Both the position numbers and the translations under genes were made by a program. The notes under the pieces are model-generated. The model had not been told where the DNA came from. It ran no database searches and was given only the letters and a program-made list of their open reading frames with translations. Below are positions 1 to 10,756 of a DNA stretch of 50,777 nt, one piece after another. The first letter of the stretch is position 1. Each line of letters opens with the position of its first letter. This DNA is from Salisapilia sapeloensis CBS 127946 (taxonomy: Eukaryota; Protista; Oomycota). The stretch is from positions 1 to 50,777 of the forward strand of contig JAADVB010000132.1 in the NCBI GenBank assembly GCA_023334545.1, read 5' to 3'.

Positions 1-321
1 AGACTCTCCCCGACCAAAATCCTCGTCTTTGCCCTTTCGAGCCATGGCGTTGAATCGCTCGACGGTCGACTGGAGGCCTTGGTCGTCGACGCCGATCTGT
101 TTGGCGAGATCCTCCAGCGTGTCTGCCTTGTAGATGAATCCGTTCTTAAGACCTTCCTTTGGCTCTAGTCTTGGCATCAGCGTCGCCATCATGTATCGAT
201 TGCGGTGTTTCGTGTCCACGATGAGCCATGCAGGGATAGCAGCCACTTCCTCATGACGAGCGTACTGATCTTGACCAGCGTTCGTGTATGACTGCGACTC
301 GTTCCTGCAACGAAATCCATT
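1..321 (-). pseudogene. 5'-truncated fragment of a 3-ketosteroid-delta1-dehydrogenase (KstD)-like FAD-binding flavoprotein; 3' part runs off the window
   Basis: The minus strand translates to NGFRCRNESQSYTNAGQDQYARHEEVAAIPAWLIVDTKHRNRYMMATLMPRLEPKEGLKNGFIYKADTLEDLAKQIGVDDQGLQSTVERFNAMARKGKDEDFGRGES. This matches the C-terminal half of KstD/FAD_binding_2 proteins (G.RF.NES, PAWLI.D, KADTLEELA, D.DFGRG). An in-frame stop lies shortly upstream and the next gene starts at 606, leaving no room for the N-terminal FAD-binding half. Confidence 0.6.
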
Positions 322-605
322 GCAGCCACCAAAAGACGGATCACGTCATCACGATACCTAAATTCTGGGTACATGTGTTGCACCCTACTCCAATCTACCT
401 TCGCCTGCCTTCCTCCATCATCTCATAGCACGTGGGATGTGTCGATCAGCATGATGTCGCATACTCAAGTCAAGAGAATCCATCTGCCAGAAATCCTATC
501 CAAAGCATACTCAACTCGAGTCCGTTATTTTTGAAGTTACTGGACACATATAAAGCAACCTGATCGCAACATTCTTCATCTTGCGTCGAGACTAACAAGA
601 CACGA

Positions 606-2108
606 ATGAATACACTCCAAACCATGTACTTGTACACAGCAATACTTGCCACTAGTCTGCTCGTATCCTCTGTCTCGAGTAAAGCATTCTGTGAGTACGA
701 TGGCAAGAATAAATGTCCATTAGCAGGTCTCCCAGCAACCAATGCCAATGGAAGTATCAAAATCTACCCCGGAGGCGATACCAGGTACCATCAAACAGTC
801 GTACGATATTGAAATCAAGTCCTTATATTGTATGACACTCTAGATGTGCTTTCAACGACTACCAAAGTGACCGTACGGGCTTTTCAAGCAATAAAACATA
901 CTTCTTCCAGGTCTTCCCGAACCAGAGCGGTTTCAAGAAGAAGCTTCTGATCAACTTTGAAGGTGGAGGAGCCTGTGTCGATGACCTGACCTGCAGCTTT
1001 GCACTCCAATGCTCTAACCCACCAGGCCTCTTCACACACAACGCCACGACCACGTACACTGGCATCCTCAATCGCTCTAAATCGGACAATGTCTTCAGCG
1101 ACTGGAATGTCGTACATCTACCCTACTGCACGGGTGACTTGCACGTTGGCAATCGCATCCGAGAAGCCTCTGTCCCAGAGGAAATCGGAGCCTTTGGCAT
1201 CGACACATGCCTCACCACGAGCGAACCATTGTATCATAATGGTTACAATAACTCGATCGCAGCTTTGCAATGGGCTGCAGAAAACTTTGCTGATCCAGAC
1301 GAGATCGTTCTAGCAGGCGAGAGCGCTGGATCGCTTGGAGCTCAGCTCCTAAGCGCCTATGTCGGTGACTTGTGGAATATCAAGGAGAAGCCGATCAAGT
1401 TTTCACTACTTTTAGATAGCTACGTCGGTGTCTTGCCGCCCGGACATACTGGTGGCGAGATTCTAGGCTTGTATGATGCATGCAGCGTTGATCTAAAGAT
1501 GGATCAAGCCTATGTTGACAGCTGTGAGGACGGTAGTGCCAGCGTCGTGGACCTCGTGGAGCCTCTGCTAAAGAATCTGTATCCGTATCAGTGGCTCTTC
1601 ATTAACAGCAATGGGGATGCCACCCAACGGTACTTTTACGAGCTAGTAGACAGTGGTGTCACGGATATACTTACGGATACTGTGCTGGACGCCGGCGGCA
1701 TCACGCTCTTTGACGACGATCTGATCGTGTCTCCCGAGACGTTTAACAGTGTATGTATATTCTTTTCTAGGACTCAAACATGTCTAATGTATAGAGTAGA
1801 GTATGCGCGAGATGCTGGACCAGTATAAAAGCTACAGTGACCTCGTCTCGACGTTCTTCGTCGAGGGCGAAACGCACGTGTTCACGCGACGAAATAATTA
1901 TACCGACTACACTGGCACGAACGGTAAGACGCTCGGCAAATACCTCTCGTCATGGCTCGCGAACGCCACTTCCGCCGCGAACTCTCCTCAAGAACCTAAA
2001 AGCAGTAGTTCAGACAACTTTGGCTCGTCTTCTCAAGACAATGACGCTGCCACGACCGTCTTGCCATCCATCTCCCTCCTCCTCCTCGCCTTCTTCCTCT
2101 CCAACTAA
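606..2108 (+). CDS. Secreted, probably GPI-anchored pectin acetylesterase (CE13/Notum family); exons ~606-784, 844-1750, 1800-2108
   Basis: Hydrophobic N-terminus. Spliced translation gives FEGGGAC, YCTGDLHVG and nucleophile GESAG motifs. Ser-rich spacer followed by a hydrophobic C-terminal tail (TTVLPSISLLLLAFFLSN). GT-AG introns at 785-843 and ~1751-1799 restore the frame. Confidence 0.85.
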
Positions 2109-2361
2109 AGATACTCAGATCAATCTAAAGATACTCAGAACGAATCTGATAATTTGCCAATCTGCTGTTTTGTACGCTGCTAGTAAAGTGAACTGGTCGC
2201 ATTGTATACAGTTTCTGTCGGACGGAAGTGAGACATGTTGACTAGAAGTTTGTAGGGCGGCCGGTCCATCTTCTCGACCAAAGAGGAGAATCGCTCGATA
2301 GATCGATTGAGCGTCGTACGTGTGCTCTTGCTAGTTAGAACCCGTCGATCGATCACGGCGT

Positions 2362-5300
2362 ATGAATGGCAAAATGAGACCCGCGCAGCCTGCTAGTCGG
2401 ACGCAGCAGCCACCGGCACAGGCGCCTCCGCACGCGCCACAGGCGAATCAGACGCACCAGGGGCCGCGACCGCAGAGACCGCCCGCCAGCCATCCGCACC
2501 ACGGGTACAATGGACCTCACGCCCAGACCTTTGTCCCACGAGGTTCAAGTCATCCAGTTGGTACTTGTATTCGCATTTCCATCCATCCTAGCATCACTTG
2601 ACTAAAGCATATCTTTCCTAGTCGAATTCCGTCCCAAGGGAGGTGCACGCCCTCCCCCGCCGCAGCAGCACACGCCACCACCAAATGCCCAAGGAGACAA
2701 TGCGGAGGTATGCAAAAAACCTTTTACAATCGTCTATCTCGTCCTTAACATCTTGGTCACACTAGACGAACGGAGAGCACGGACACATGTCCCCGCAGCA
2801 GTATGGAGGCTATAGAGGCAATTATCCGCGTCCATACCAGCCGTATAATCCCTATAGCACCGGTGGTCCGCCATATCAGCCGCGTGGACCGTACAATGGC
2901 GGCTACGGTCGCGGCGGAAGAGGTCCTCGAGGCCCTGCGTCCCAGTACGTTCCTCGCGGCCAGCCTCCTCGCAACCAGCAAATGTTCTACCCTCAGATGT
3001 ACCCTGGCATGGGCTACATGCCACCTGAGATGATGTACGGCCAGCCGAATGCCTATGGCGCCTACTATGGTCCTCCCGTCGGCAGCGCGACGCCCACGAG
3101 CGACGCTCCCTCAACGCACACGCAAGCGCGTCCAGTCAAGCGAGAGAGCAAGGCGCTTCCGATCCTCAACCCCGAAACGAATGAGCAGATCAAGCTCTTT
3201 GGCGACGACAAGCCTGCGAGTAAGAAATCCGACACGCCTCGTAGCGACGAAACTGCCTCGGAAGTCCCTACGGCTGCTTCCACCCCTGAGAAACAAGACA
3301 AGCCATCGTCTCCAGAACCCAAGGATTCTACTCCTGAGCCAGAAGCTCCTACTCCTGAGCCAGAAGCTCCTACTCCTGAACCAGAAGCTCCTACACCCGA
3401 ACCAGAAGCTCCTACACCTGAACCAGAAGCTCCTAAGACGGAAGAAAAGGTGGAAGATCCGGAGGAATTGAAAAGACGGAATGTCGAGGTGAAGAAGGAT
3501 GCAACGACGGGTAAGATCACGTACTCGATCTCCGACCTACTGCTCTTCAAGGACGTCGAACGAGCGCTTCCGAGTGCCGAGTCTGGTCGAGAAGGCGAGT
3601 GGCCGTCGATGGAGATCACGAGGGAAGAGTTCCATAAGACACGAGGTGGACGTGGTGGCAATTGGGAACGTGGCAACGACAAACAAGGTGGTCGTGGCAA
3701 CGGACGGAATCGTAATGGCGAAAGCAGTTGGAATCGCGGTCAAGAACCTCCACGCCGTGGAGGTCGAGGTGGTCGTGGAAGAGGTCGTGGGCAACCAGAA
3801 CCTCTGCTTGAAGGTCCTGTGAAACCTCTGGAACGTAGTGAGAACCGATGGGTGCCATCCAAGAGCACGAGTAACTTGGAAAAGACGGAGAAGATGGTCA
3901 AGAGCATTTTGAATAAAATGACGAGAGAAAAGTTTGCTCGACTGGCGCAGCAGATGACCGAGATCAAGGTCGAGAGCGTCGAGATGCTGCAAGCTGTCAT
4001 CCATATCATCTTTGACAAAGCCATCTCGGAGCCGCACTTCTCCGACCTCTATGGAGACCTTTGCGTCCACTTGGAGAATAACTGGAAAGTCCATAGTTTC
4101 GTCAAGATTGTCCAGAACGACGACGATGGACACTTCTATTGGACAGCCATTCCAGAGAGTGATAACGACGTCGTCGGACCCTTTGACTCGGTCTCGGAGA
4201 CACTGGCGTCGGCACATACAGAAGACTTTGAGCCGATGCCGTCGCCGGAAGGCATGCGGCTCATGGAAGTCCACATCCAGCATCAGAAGTTTATCAAAGT
4301 GTGGACGCTTCCATCCGAGACGACGGACGCGTCGCAGTTCTACTGGTCTGGACAGATGCTGCAGGACATTCCGAAGAACGAAGGACCCGTCGGACCGTTC
4401 GAGTCGCATGACAGCGCTTCTCACAATGCTCTGAAGACGAACTCCTTCCGTCGTCTCTTGCTGAATGCCTGTCAGGAAGAGTTTGAGAAGGGGAACATGT
4501 ATCAGGAACTAGAAGAGACGCTTCGGAAGGCTCGTGCGGAGAAGTCGTTGACGCCGGATAAAGAGACGGAGCTCGAGGAGCGGCGGCTGGTGCTGAAGCA
4601 GAGGATGCTCGGGAACATTCGCTTCATTGGAGAAGTGTTCCGCAAAGGCATGCTGCGAGAACAGATTATGCACGAGTGTATCTTGAAGCTCATGGGGGTG
4701 GAAATCAAGAAGGGGGCGCTCGTGCGTACGCATCCGGAAGAAGCGCCGGATGAAGAGAACATCGAGTCCTTGTGCAAACTGCTGTCGACCATGGGCAAGG
4801 ACTTGGATAAGAACAAGAGCGGAAGCCTCGACGTCTACTTTAGCTTTATGGAAAAGATCTTGCTCAAGGACAAACGCATGTCGTCTCGCATTCGATTCAT
4901 GATACAAGACCTCATCGACTTGAGAGGCAACAAGTGGATCCCGAGACGGAAACAGCTGCAGCAGAAGACGATTGCCGAGATTCGGAAGGAAGCAGAGAGG
5001 GAGCAGAGACAGGCACCGGCGAGTGCGCCTGGAGGACCTCGGCCGGACAACTTTCGAGATAATCGACGTGGTGGTGGTGGATCCCAGAGGCAGACGACGG
5101 CGCCGGTGTATAACAATGCTTCCATGCGCAACAACTCGTCGTTGCGTATGCCACTGCCGGAGCGTAAGACTGCACGAGATGAGTCGGTGAAATCTGGTTT
5201 GCAGGGACGACCGAGTTCCTTTGGCTCGACGCCAAAACGAGCAGGAAATACAACCACAACCACGACGACAACCACGACCACGACCAAATCAGTCAAGAAG

Positions 5301-6406
5301 TTAGATGAAGAAAGTCTGAACAAGGTCAAGCGAGAGGCCAAAGTCACGAGTGACGAATACGTCGAGAATAAGGATATCGACGAAGCTTCAACTTGTCTCG
5401 AAGAGTTGCAAAAGTCGCTCGAGAGTAAAGACGAAGCGACGAAACACTTTGTGAAGCATACGCTCCTCTATGCCGTCGAAGCAAAGGATGCGACGCGTAC
5501 AGCTGTCTTCGACATGATCACGCAGCTCGTCAAGAAACAGCTTATTCCTTCTGCATGTCTTCAATTCGCGCTAGCACATACTTGTAGTGCTGGTGTCCTG
5601 ATCTGGTGTGACGTCCCTAAGATGGACGCTCACGTCGCGGACTTGATCCTACGTTTCATGCCCGACAAGAAGAACTACATTTCCTTTGATTGGCTCGTCT
5701 GCTTCTGTGGACGAGAGATGGATGCTGATGCACAGGAAGAAGCGATTGACTCTGGGTTCCTAGCTGCTGTCGCTGGACGAGTCCTCCAGCATTTAGCTCT
5801 AGAAGACCCGACGCGCGCGAAAGAACAAGTGCATGCCACGTACGTCTCGCCCCTCTCACTCCTACCATCCTACAAGCGTACACCAGTAGATTTCAAAAAG
5901 TGGATCGATACGTATGGTCTGGAAGACATTTTGCAACTCAATCTGGCCGTCGACCTCGCGACACAGCTCGAAAAGTCGGACAATGTGACCGAGTGGATCC
6001 AAGAGAACATCCCACAGAGTCGTCTCCAAGACAGTGTCTTTGCCACCCACGCTAGTCTCTTCATCCTCAATGCGACTAAAGACGACCAAGTCCCGTCGTC
6101 TGAAAGCTGCTTCCTTGTCCTCGGATTCAGCGGCCATCAAGAGACTCAAGCGCGACTCATCTCGGCCCTCGTGCAGACCAAGAAGAGCAACGGTACGTCT
6201 CTTGACGAAATCCACTCTGTATATATGTACTCATGTCGATTATAGAACACTTGGAGAAGACTTTACGACAATTGCAAAAGGAAGGCACGATGCGCGGACC
6301 GGCGTTTGCCAAGTGGATGGAGCTCCAGGCGGATCATAGCGTCGCGAGGCAAAAGGCACTTGCGGACCTCGGCAACGTCTGGCAGGAATTGGCCAAAGCC
6401 AAGTAG
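2362..6406 (+). CDS. EIF4G: Eukaryotic translation initiation factor 4G; exons 2362-2542, 2622-2707, 2766-6192, 6246-6406
   Basis: eIF4E-binding motif YSISDLL, RGG-rich segment, MIF4G domain (VKSILNKMTREKF...RMLGNIRFIGEVF...SRIRFMIQDLIDLR..KW) and helical MA3/W2-like C-terminus. Three GT-AG introns give an uninterrupted frame. Confidence 0.92.
3330..3434 (+). repeat. Five tandem 21-nt units (actcctgagccagaagctcct) encoding TPEPEAP repeats in eIF4G
   Basis: Units start at 3330, 3351, 3372, 3393 and 3414, differing mostly at synonymous positions. Confidence 0.95.
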
Positions 6407-6532
6407 GACAATCGTCGTGTCCATCTGAAAATCGTTCGAAACGAGATAAAGTGGACGGTAGCAGGTCCGTTGGAAAAGACAATAAGACCGACAGTTGCTG
6501 TGATAAAAGGATTCTTGCATTTGTATATACAC

Positions 6533-8362
6533 TTAACTCTTGTCCCGACGTGCGAGATACGACTTCTCATGCTGCTGCAGCTACTTCCTCTACGTCAGTA
6601 TGCTGTCGAGGTGCTAGATACGAGTGATGAACGTACCTCTTTGGACCGATGCTGCGTCTCTGACACGACGTTCTCGCCATTCTTTTGCTTCGTCCCGGCC
6701 TCTTGGTGCAGTTTATCCAGTAACTTGGCATTCAGTTCCAGCTCCAACGGCGTCTGATCCGGCAGAAGCATACGACGCTCCTTCTCTTGAATCCTATCGA
6801 TATATATAAGCTCCTGTCTAGATGTACCTCCGATCAAATTGTACGTACTGCTGCTTGAGTATCTCCTGTTGTTGCTTGTTCCGAGCAGCGCGTTGCATCA
6901 CCACCATCTTCTCCTTGTGCTCTGCTTCCTGACGCTCTTGACGCCATAGCTCTGCCTGTTTGCTCAAGTCCTTCCTGAACGCTTCCTCTCGCTGCTTCTT
7001 TTCGATCACTTGCTGATGCAACGTCTCTTGCTGAAGACGAATGCGGATCTCGGCGTTCGCTTTACGCTTCTTCTCCGCCTCAGCTTCTCGACGAGCATGC
7101 TCTTCCTGAAATTTCCGATTCATCTCGGCCTCGGCCTTCTCACGAGCTTCCATGTCTGCTTTCGCCGTGTCCTCAAAGAACTTCATCTTGGACATGACGT
7201 TCGCGGAGATCTGCTCCAGCTGCTTCTGACGAGCCTCTTCCTTGGCTGCCTCCATCTCGTTGTATTGCTTCACCAGACGCATGTCCACCTCATGCTCATG
7301 CTCCTTCTGACGTCGCTTGGCTGCAATCTGCTCCTCATTCTCCTTCTTGACACGAGCAATCCGCTCCTTTTCAGCTTCTTTCTTGGCCTTATCGCGCTCT
7401 AGCTGCTCCAACTGCTGCTGCTTGATGTTCTCCATCATCCGAGCCTCCTGCTTCCGCTTCGCTTCGGCCTCACGCGCCAGACGCTCCGCCTTTTGACGAC
7501 GTTGCTCCGTCTGAATCTCAATAAGCCTCTTCTCTTTCTCGAGACGTTCGGCTTCTGCCTGGCGCTCCTTCTCGTCATGCTCCTTCCAGTTCTTGACCTG
7601 GCGCTGATAAAACTCGGCACTTGCGCCTCGATCAGCCTCTCGACGGTGGCTCTTGTCCTTGACTTGAGCTTCGAGGCTTTTGGCCAGTTCATCTCGCTGT
7701 CTGCGCTTCAGCTCCTCCTTCTTCCGCTGCTCCTCCGCTTCCTCGACCGATGCGAACTTCACGATCTCCTCCCAAACGCTAGAGCTACGAGCCTTCTTCG
7801 GAGATACCTTTGGAGGCAAGTGGAAGCCAGTACTTTGCTGCTGTACCTGGGTTTCCGTCATGTACATACTAGCGGTAACCTCGTCATCTTCATTGTTGTC
7901 CTTTTTCTTGTCACGAGCTCGTTCCTTCGATCGCACTACTCTACGGCTTCGAGACTCACGAGACCTCTGCTTGCTTGCGATGCTCAATGCTCGAGCATTT
8001 GAAACGGTAGGATGATGGGAAGACGTCGAGCTGTCGGCTGCCAACTTTAGCTGATGCGACCGTCGATCACAAATCTCTTTGACCAGCGCTTGTAATCGGT
8101 CATTCGTGAGCTCACTCGCAGCAATATTTCTTTGTGGAAGCAAACGAAGTAGCTCTGCTGCAAGTTCCTCAGCTACCTTTGGTGGCTTCTTGCATACGCG
8201 TTGTATGCGAGCACACACAGCCAGCCGAAGCTCTTCTTTCAGCTTAAACAACCTCGCTCGTTCACGCAGTTTTTCACGATCTGCCGAGACGATCGATGTC
8301 ATGGACATTATCGACTTATTGTCAGAGCTTCTAGCCGTACGATTCGGTAGCTTGGACGCCAT
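6533..8362 (-). CDS. Long charged coiled-coil protein (trichohyalin/TPH-like, possible ciliary microtubule-associated protein); two short 3' introns inferred
   Basis: 514-aa E/K/R/Q-rich ORF. GT-AG splicing continues it into IQEKERRMLLPDQTPLELELNAKLL...HRSKE and then LQQHEKSYLARRDKS* (stop at 6533). The family is not firmly recognised. Confidence 0.7.
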
Positions 8363-8570
8363 GCTTCGAGCCTGCCTTCAGTCAAGTAAAGCTAAATCGG
8401 TCTCAGCAGAGACTTATGCTATTAATAGTCAGCATCTCTTCAAGATCCAAAAACTTCAAGGAGATATCAAAGAAGACAGGTTTACAATTATACAACTTTC
8501 AAGATATATTAATAAGACCGTGTGGATCAGTCGGATTAAAGTGTCTGAACCATCCTTTTCAAACGCGAAA

Positions 8571-9379
8571 ATGGCGGCAGCAGTAGGTAGTATCCAAGAG
8601 GACATTGATGCGAAGCGAAAGCAAGTAGAAGTACTTGAGCGAAAGGTAGATGATCTCGAGAACGTGACTCGAGTGCGACAACACTTGTCTAGTGAAAAAG
8701 TGTCCAGCGGATACTTGAAAATCGCTCCAAGCGACTACTACTCGTGGTCTCTCGAACAACGCGCGTACGCTACCTTCTTATCTCCCCGCTACATTCCTAC
8801 ACTTAGACCCTCCTAGAAACTTTCTCCAGTGCCAAATTCCGCATCTATGCAAGAGCATCATTGTCGAAAACACGTCCTGCACGCAATCCGGCACCCAAGA
8901 TCGACGTAATAGCAAGTACTATTGCGTCGTGCTCCAGTACAATTCCAAGCTGAACACTGAGCACCTCATGCGTTTCGTCCGAGACTTGCTCCCAGAATCC
9001 GAACGTCCTGGTCGCAAGTCTTACAACTTCCAGCACGCTCCTGCTCAGGTACCTCCTACCTCTCATCCATAATATCAATCAATCTCACATCGTCCGTAGG
9101 TTTCCGATGACCTCACTGGATTCAAGCACAATGGCGTGTCTCCCTTCGGCATGAAAACCTCCATTCCCGTATAAATAGCAAATTCAAGTAGACTCGTACA
9201 TGTCCATATTCATTTCCTATTCTCAGGTCATCGTGGCGGGTGACGTCTCCAAGTTACCATTCCTCTGGCTCGGCGGTGGCGCCGAAAGCGTCAAGCTGCG
9301 CATCAGCGTCCAGGACCTCATTCGCTCCCTCCACGCTGACGTCGCGCCCAACGTCACGACGCTCCGGACGGACATATAA
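8571..9379 (+). CDS. YbaK/prolyl-tRNA synthetase-associated (aminoacyl-tRNA deacylase-like) domain protein; introns 8765-8816, 9049-9099, 9169-9226
   Basis: The spliced product contains CKSIIVEN, TGFKHNGVSPFG and FLWLGGG, the hallmark YbaK-fold motifs. All three introns are canonical and frame-preserving. Confidence 0.85.
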
Positions 9380-9428
9380 AAGAAAGAAAAGAAAAAATCA
9401 TTTCCATTCTCCTTATCCTCGGCAACGA

Positions 9429-10727
9429 TCAGAAAGCAGACGCAGGGCAACGCTGCACCATGCGAGCCACAAACTTCCCCATACACTGCATCCCCAGGTC
9501 GGATGCAGGCAAGATGTGCGGCGGCAAGGCAGTGAATACGTGCGGCATGCTCCTAAACTCTTGGTGATCCACCTGAACGCCATCAGCAGACGCTTGCTTC
9601 ACGAGCAAGTGGGACTGTCTGCGGAGGACGTCGAACTCCCCACCGACGATCAGGAGCGGCGGTAAGCCCTGGAACTTCTTTCCGAGCACCACAGCCTCCT
9701 CCCACTCACTATCCTTGGTCATGGTCGCGTTACGCACCGACGCGAGCATGGCGGGTGTGATGTAGCACTGCTCAGATGCCGGTTCGACTGTGACGGCATC
9801 TACGTACGGGCAGACGCTAAGACCAGCGAGAGGCATCTCTCGCTTGGCGTCTCGTAGTCGTAGTAACACTGACAGCGCAAGGCCTCCACCGGCCGAGTCG
9901 CCACTTACGAGCACATCTTTCATATCGAATCTATCTCCTACGTAGTCTATCGCCTTCATGGCGTCATCCACGGGTACTGGGAAGCATACAGTAGGCACCT
10001 TGCGGTAGTTGGCGATCAGTACTTGACACTGCACTCGCTCTCCCAAGCCTACAGAGGCCAGAGAGGCATGTACAGCATAGGCTAGTCGACAGCAGTAGTT
10101 CACAAACGTCGGAGGGGCGAGGAGAGCATACCCTCCGCCATGGTAGTAGACGAGTACGATCTGCCGAGCACTTGTATCTACTCTCTTCGGCCGTAGCCAA
10201 ATGTGCTTTAAGTCGTTAAACTCGACCTCTTCCTGCTGCATGCCATGCTGCCAGCACGAGAGGGGATTGTGTAGGTAGGAAGCTCTCGCGAGCACTCGCC
10301 TCATGGCCTCGTCATTCCGACGCTTGGCGAGGTGGATACCATTCGGTTCCCCCACGGCCACCGCCACGGCCTGGAAGCTCTCATAGGCAAACGTCCATCC
10401 AGGGAACTTGGGTTCACATCCGCGATAGACGTAGGCATACGTAGCTTGTAGGGAGGCACATATAGACTTTGAAAGTAACATCCAAAAGTCCATGAAGGAT
10501 CCACAGAAGCATGAGAGGATATCATGTGCGAGTACTAGCGCCAGGTAGGTACCTATCGCCATCAAGATCCATCCAGACGATAGATACGAGGAAGCATGGA
10601 CTAGAAACGCAGCAAGGCAAGGGAAAAAGATGGTGGCAGCATGACCAGCATACCCGTCGTCCATCCTGACAGACATACAGCAGATTTCAAAGTGATTTCT
10701 TCCATCTACACGTAAAAAGATCTCCAA
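9429..10727 (-). CDS. Alpha/beta hydrolase fold-3 (HSL-like esterase/lipase); true start probably downstream of 10727 (e.g. Met at 10562)
   Basis: YYHGGGY oxyanion motif, GDSAGG nucleophile elbow, EFD and HVF acid/His motifs. The ORF start is only 30 nt from the stop codon of the upstream tandem gene, so the first codons are doubtful. Confidence 0.85.
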   Translation of the reverse strand: MEIFLRVDGRNHFEICCMSVRMDDGYAGHAATIFFPCLAAFLVHASSYLSSGWILMAIGTYLALVLAHDILSCFCGSFMDFWMLLSKSICASLQATYAYVYRGCEPKFPGWTFAYESFQAVAVAVGEPNGIHLAKRRNDEAMRRVLARASYLHNPLSCWQHGMQQEEVEFNDLKHIWLRPKRVDTSARQIVLVYYHGGGYALLAPPTFVNYCCRLAYAVHASLASVGLGERVQCQVLIANYRKVPTVCFPVPVDDAMKAIDYVGDRFDMKDVLVSGDSAGGGLALSVLLRLRDAKREMPLAGLSVCPYVDAVTVEPASEQCYITPAMLASVRNATMTKDSEWEEAVVLGKKFQGLPPLLIVGGEFDVLRRQSHLLVKQASADGVQVDHQEFRSMPHVFTALPPHILPASDLGMQCMGKFVARMVQRCPASAF

Positions 10728-10756
10728 AGCAGTTTCATATTCTCTCTCTCCCTCTC

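Noticed and set aside
3537-4424. 295-aa minus-strand ORF (and other long antisense ORFs over eIF4G)
   Set aside because: Antisense shadows of a GC-rich, strongly biased CDS, with no recognisable motifs.
8079-8816. 245-aa plus-strand ORF
   Set aside because: Its 5' half is antisense to the coiled-coil gene; only the part from the ATG at 8571 is the real YbaK exon.
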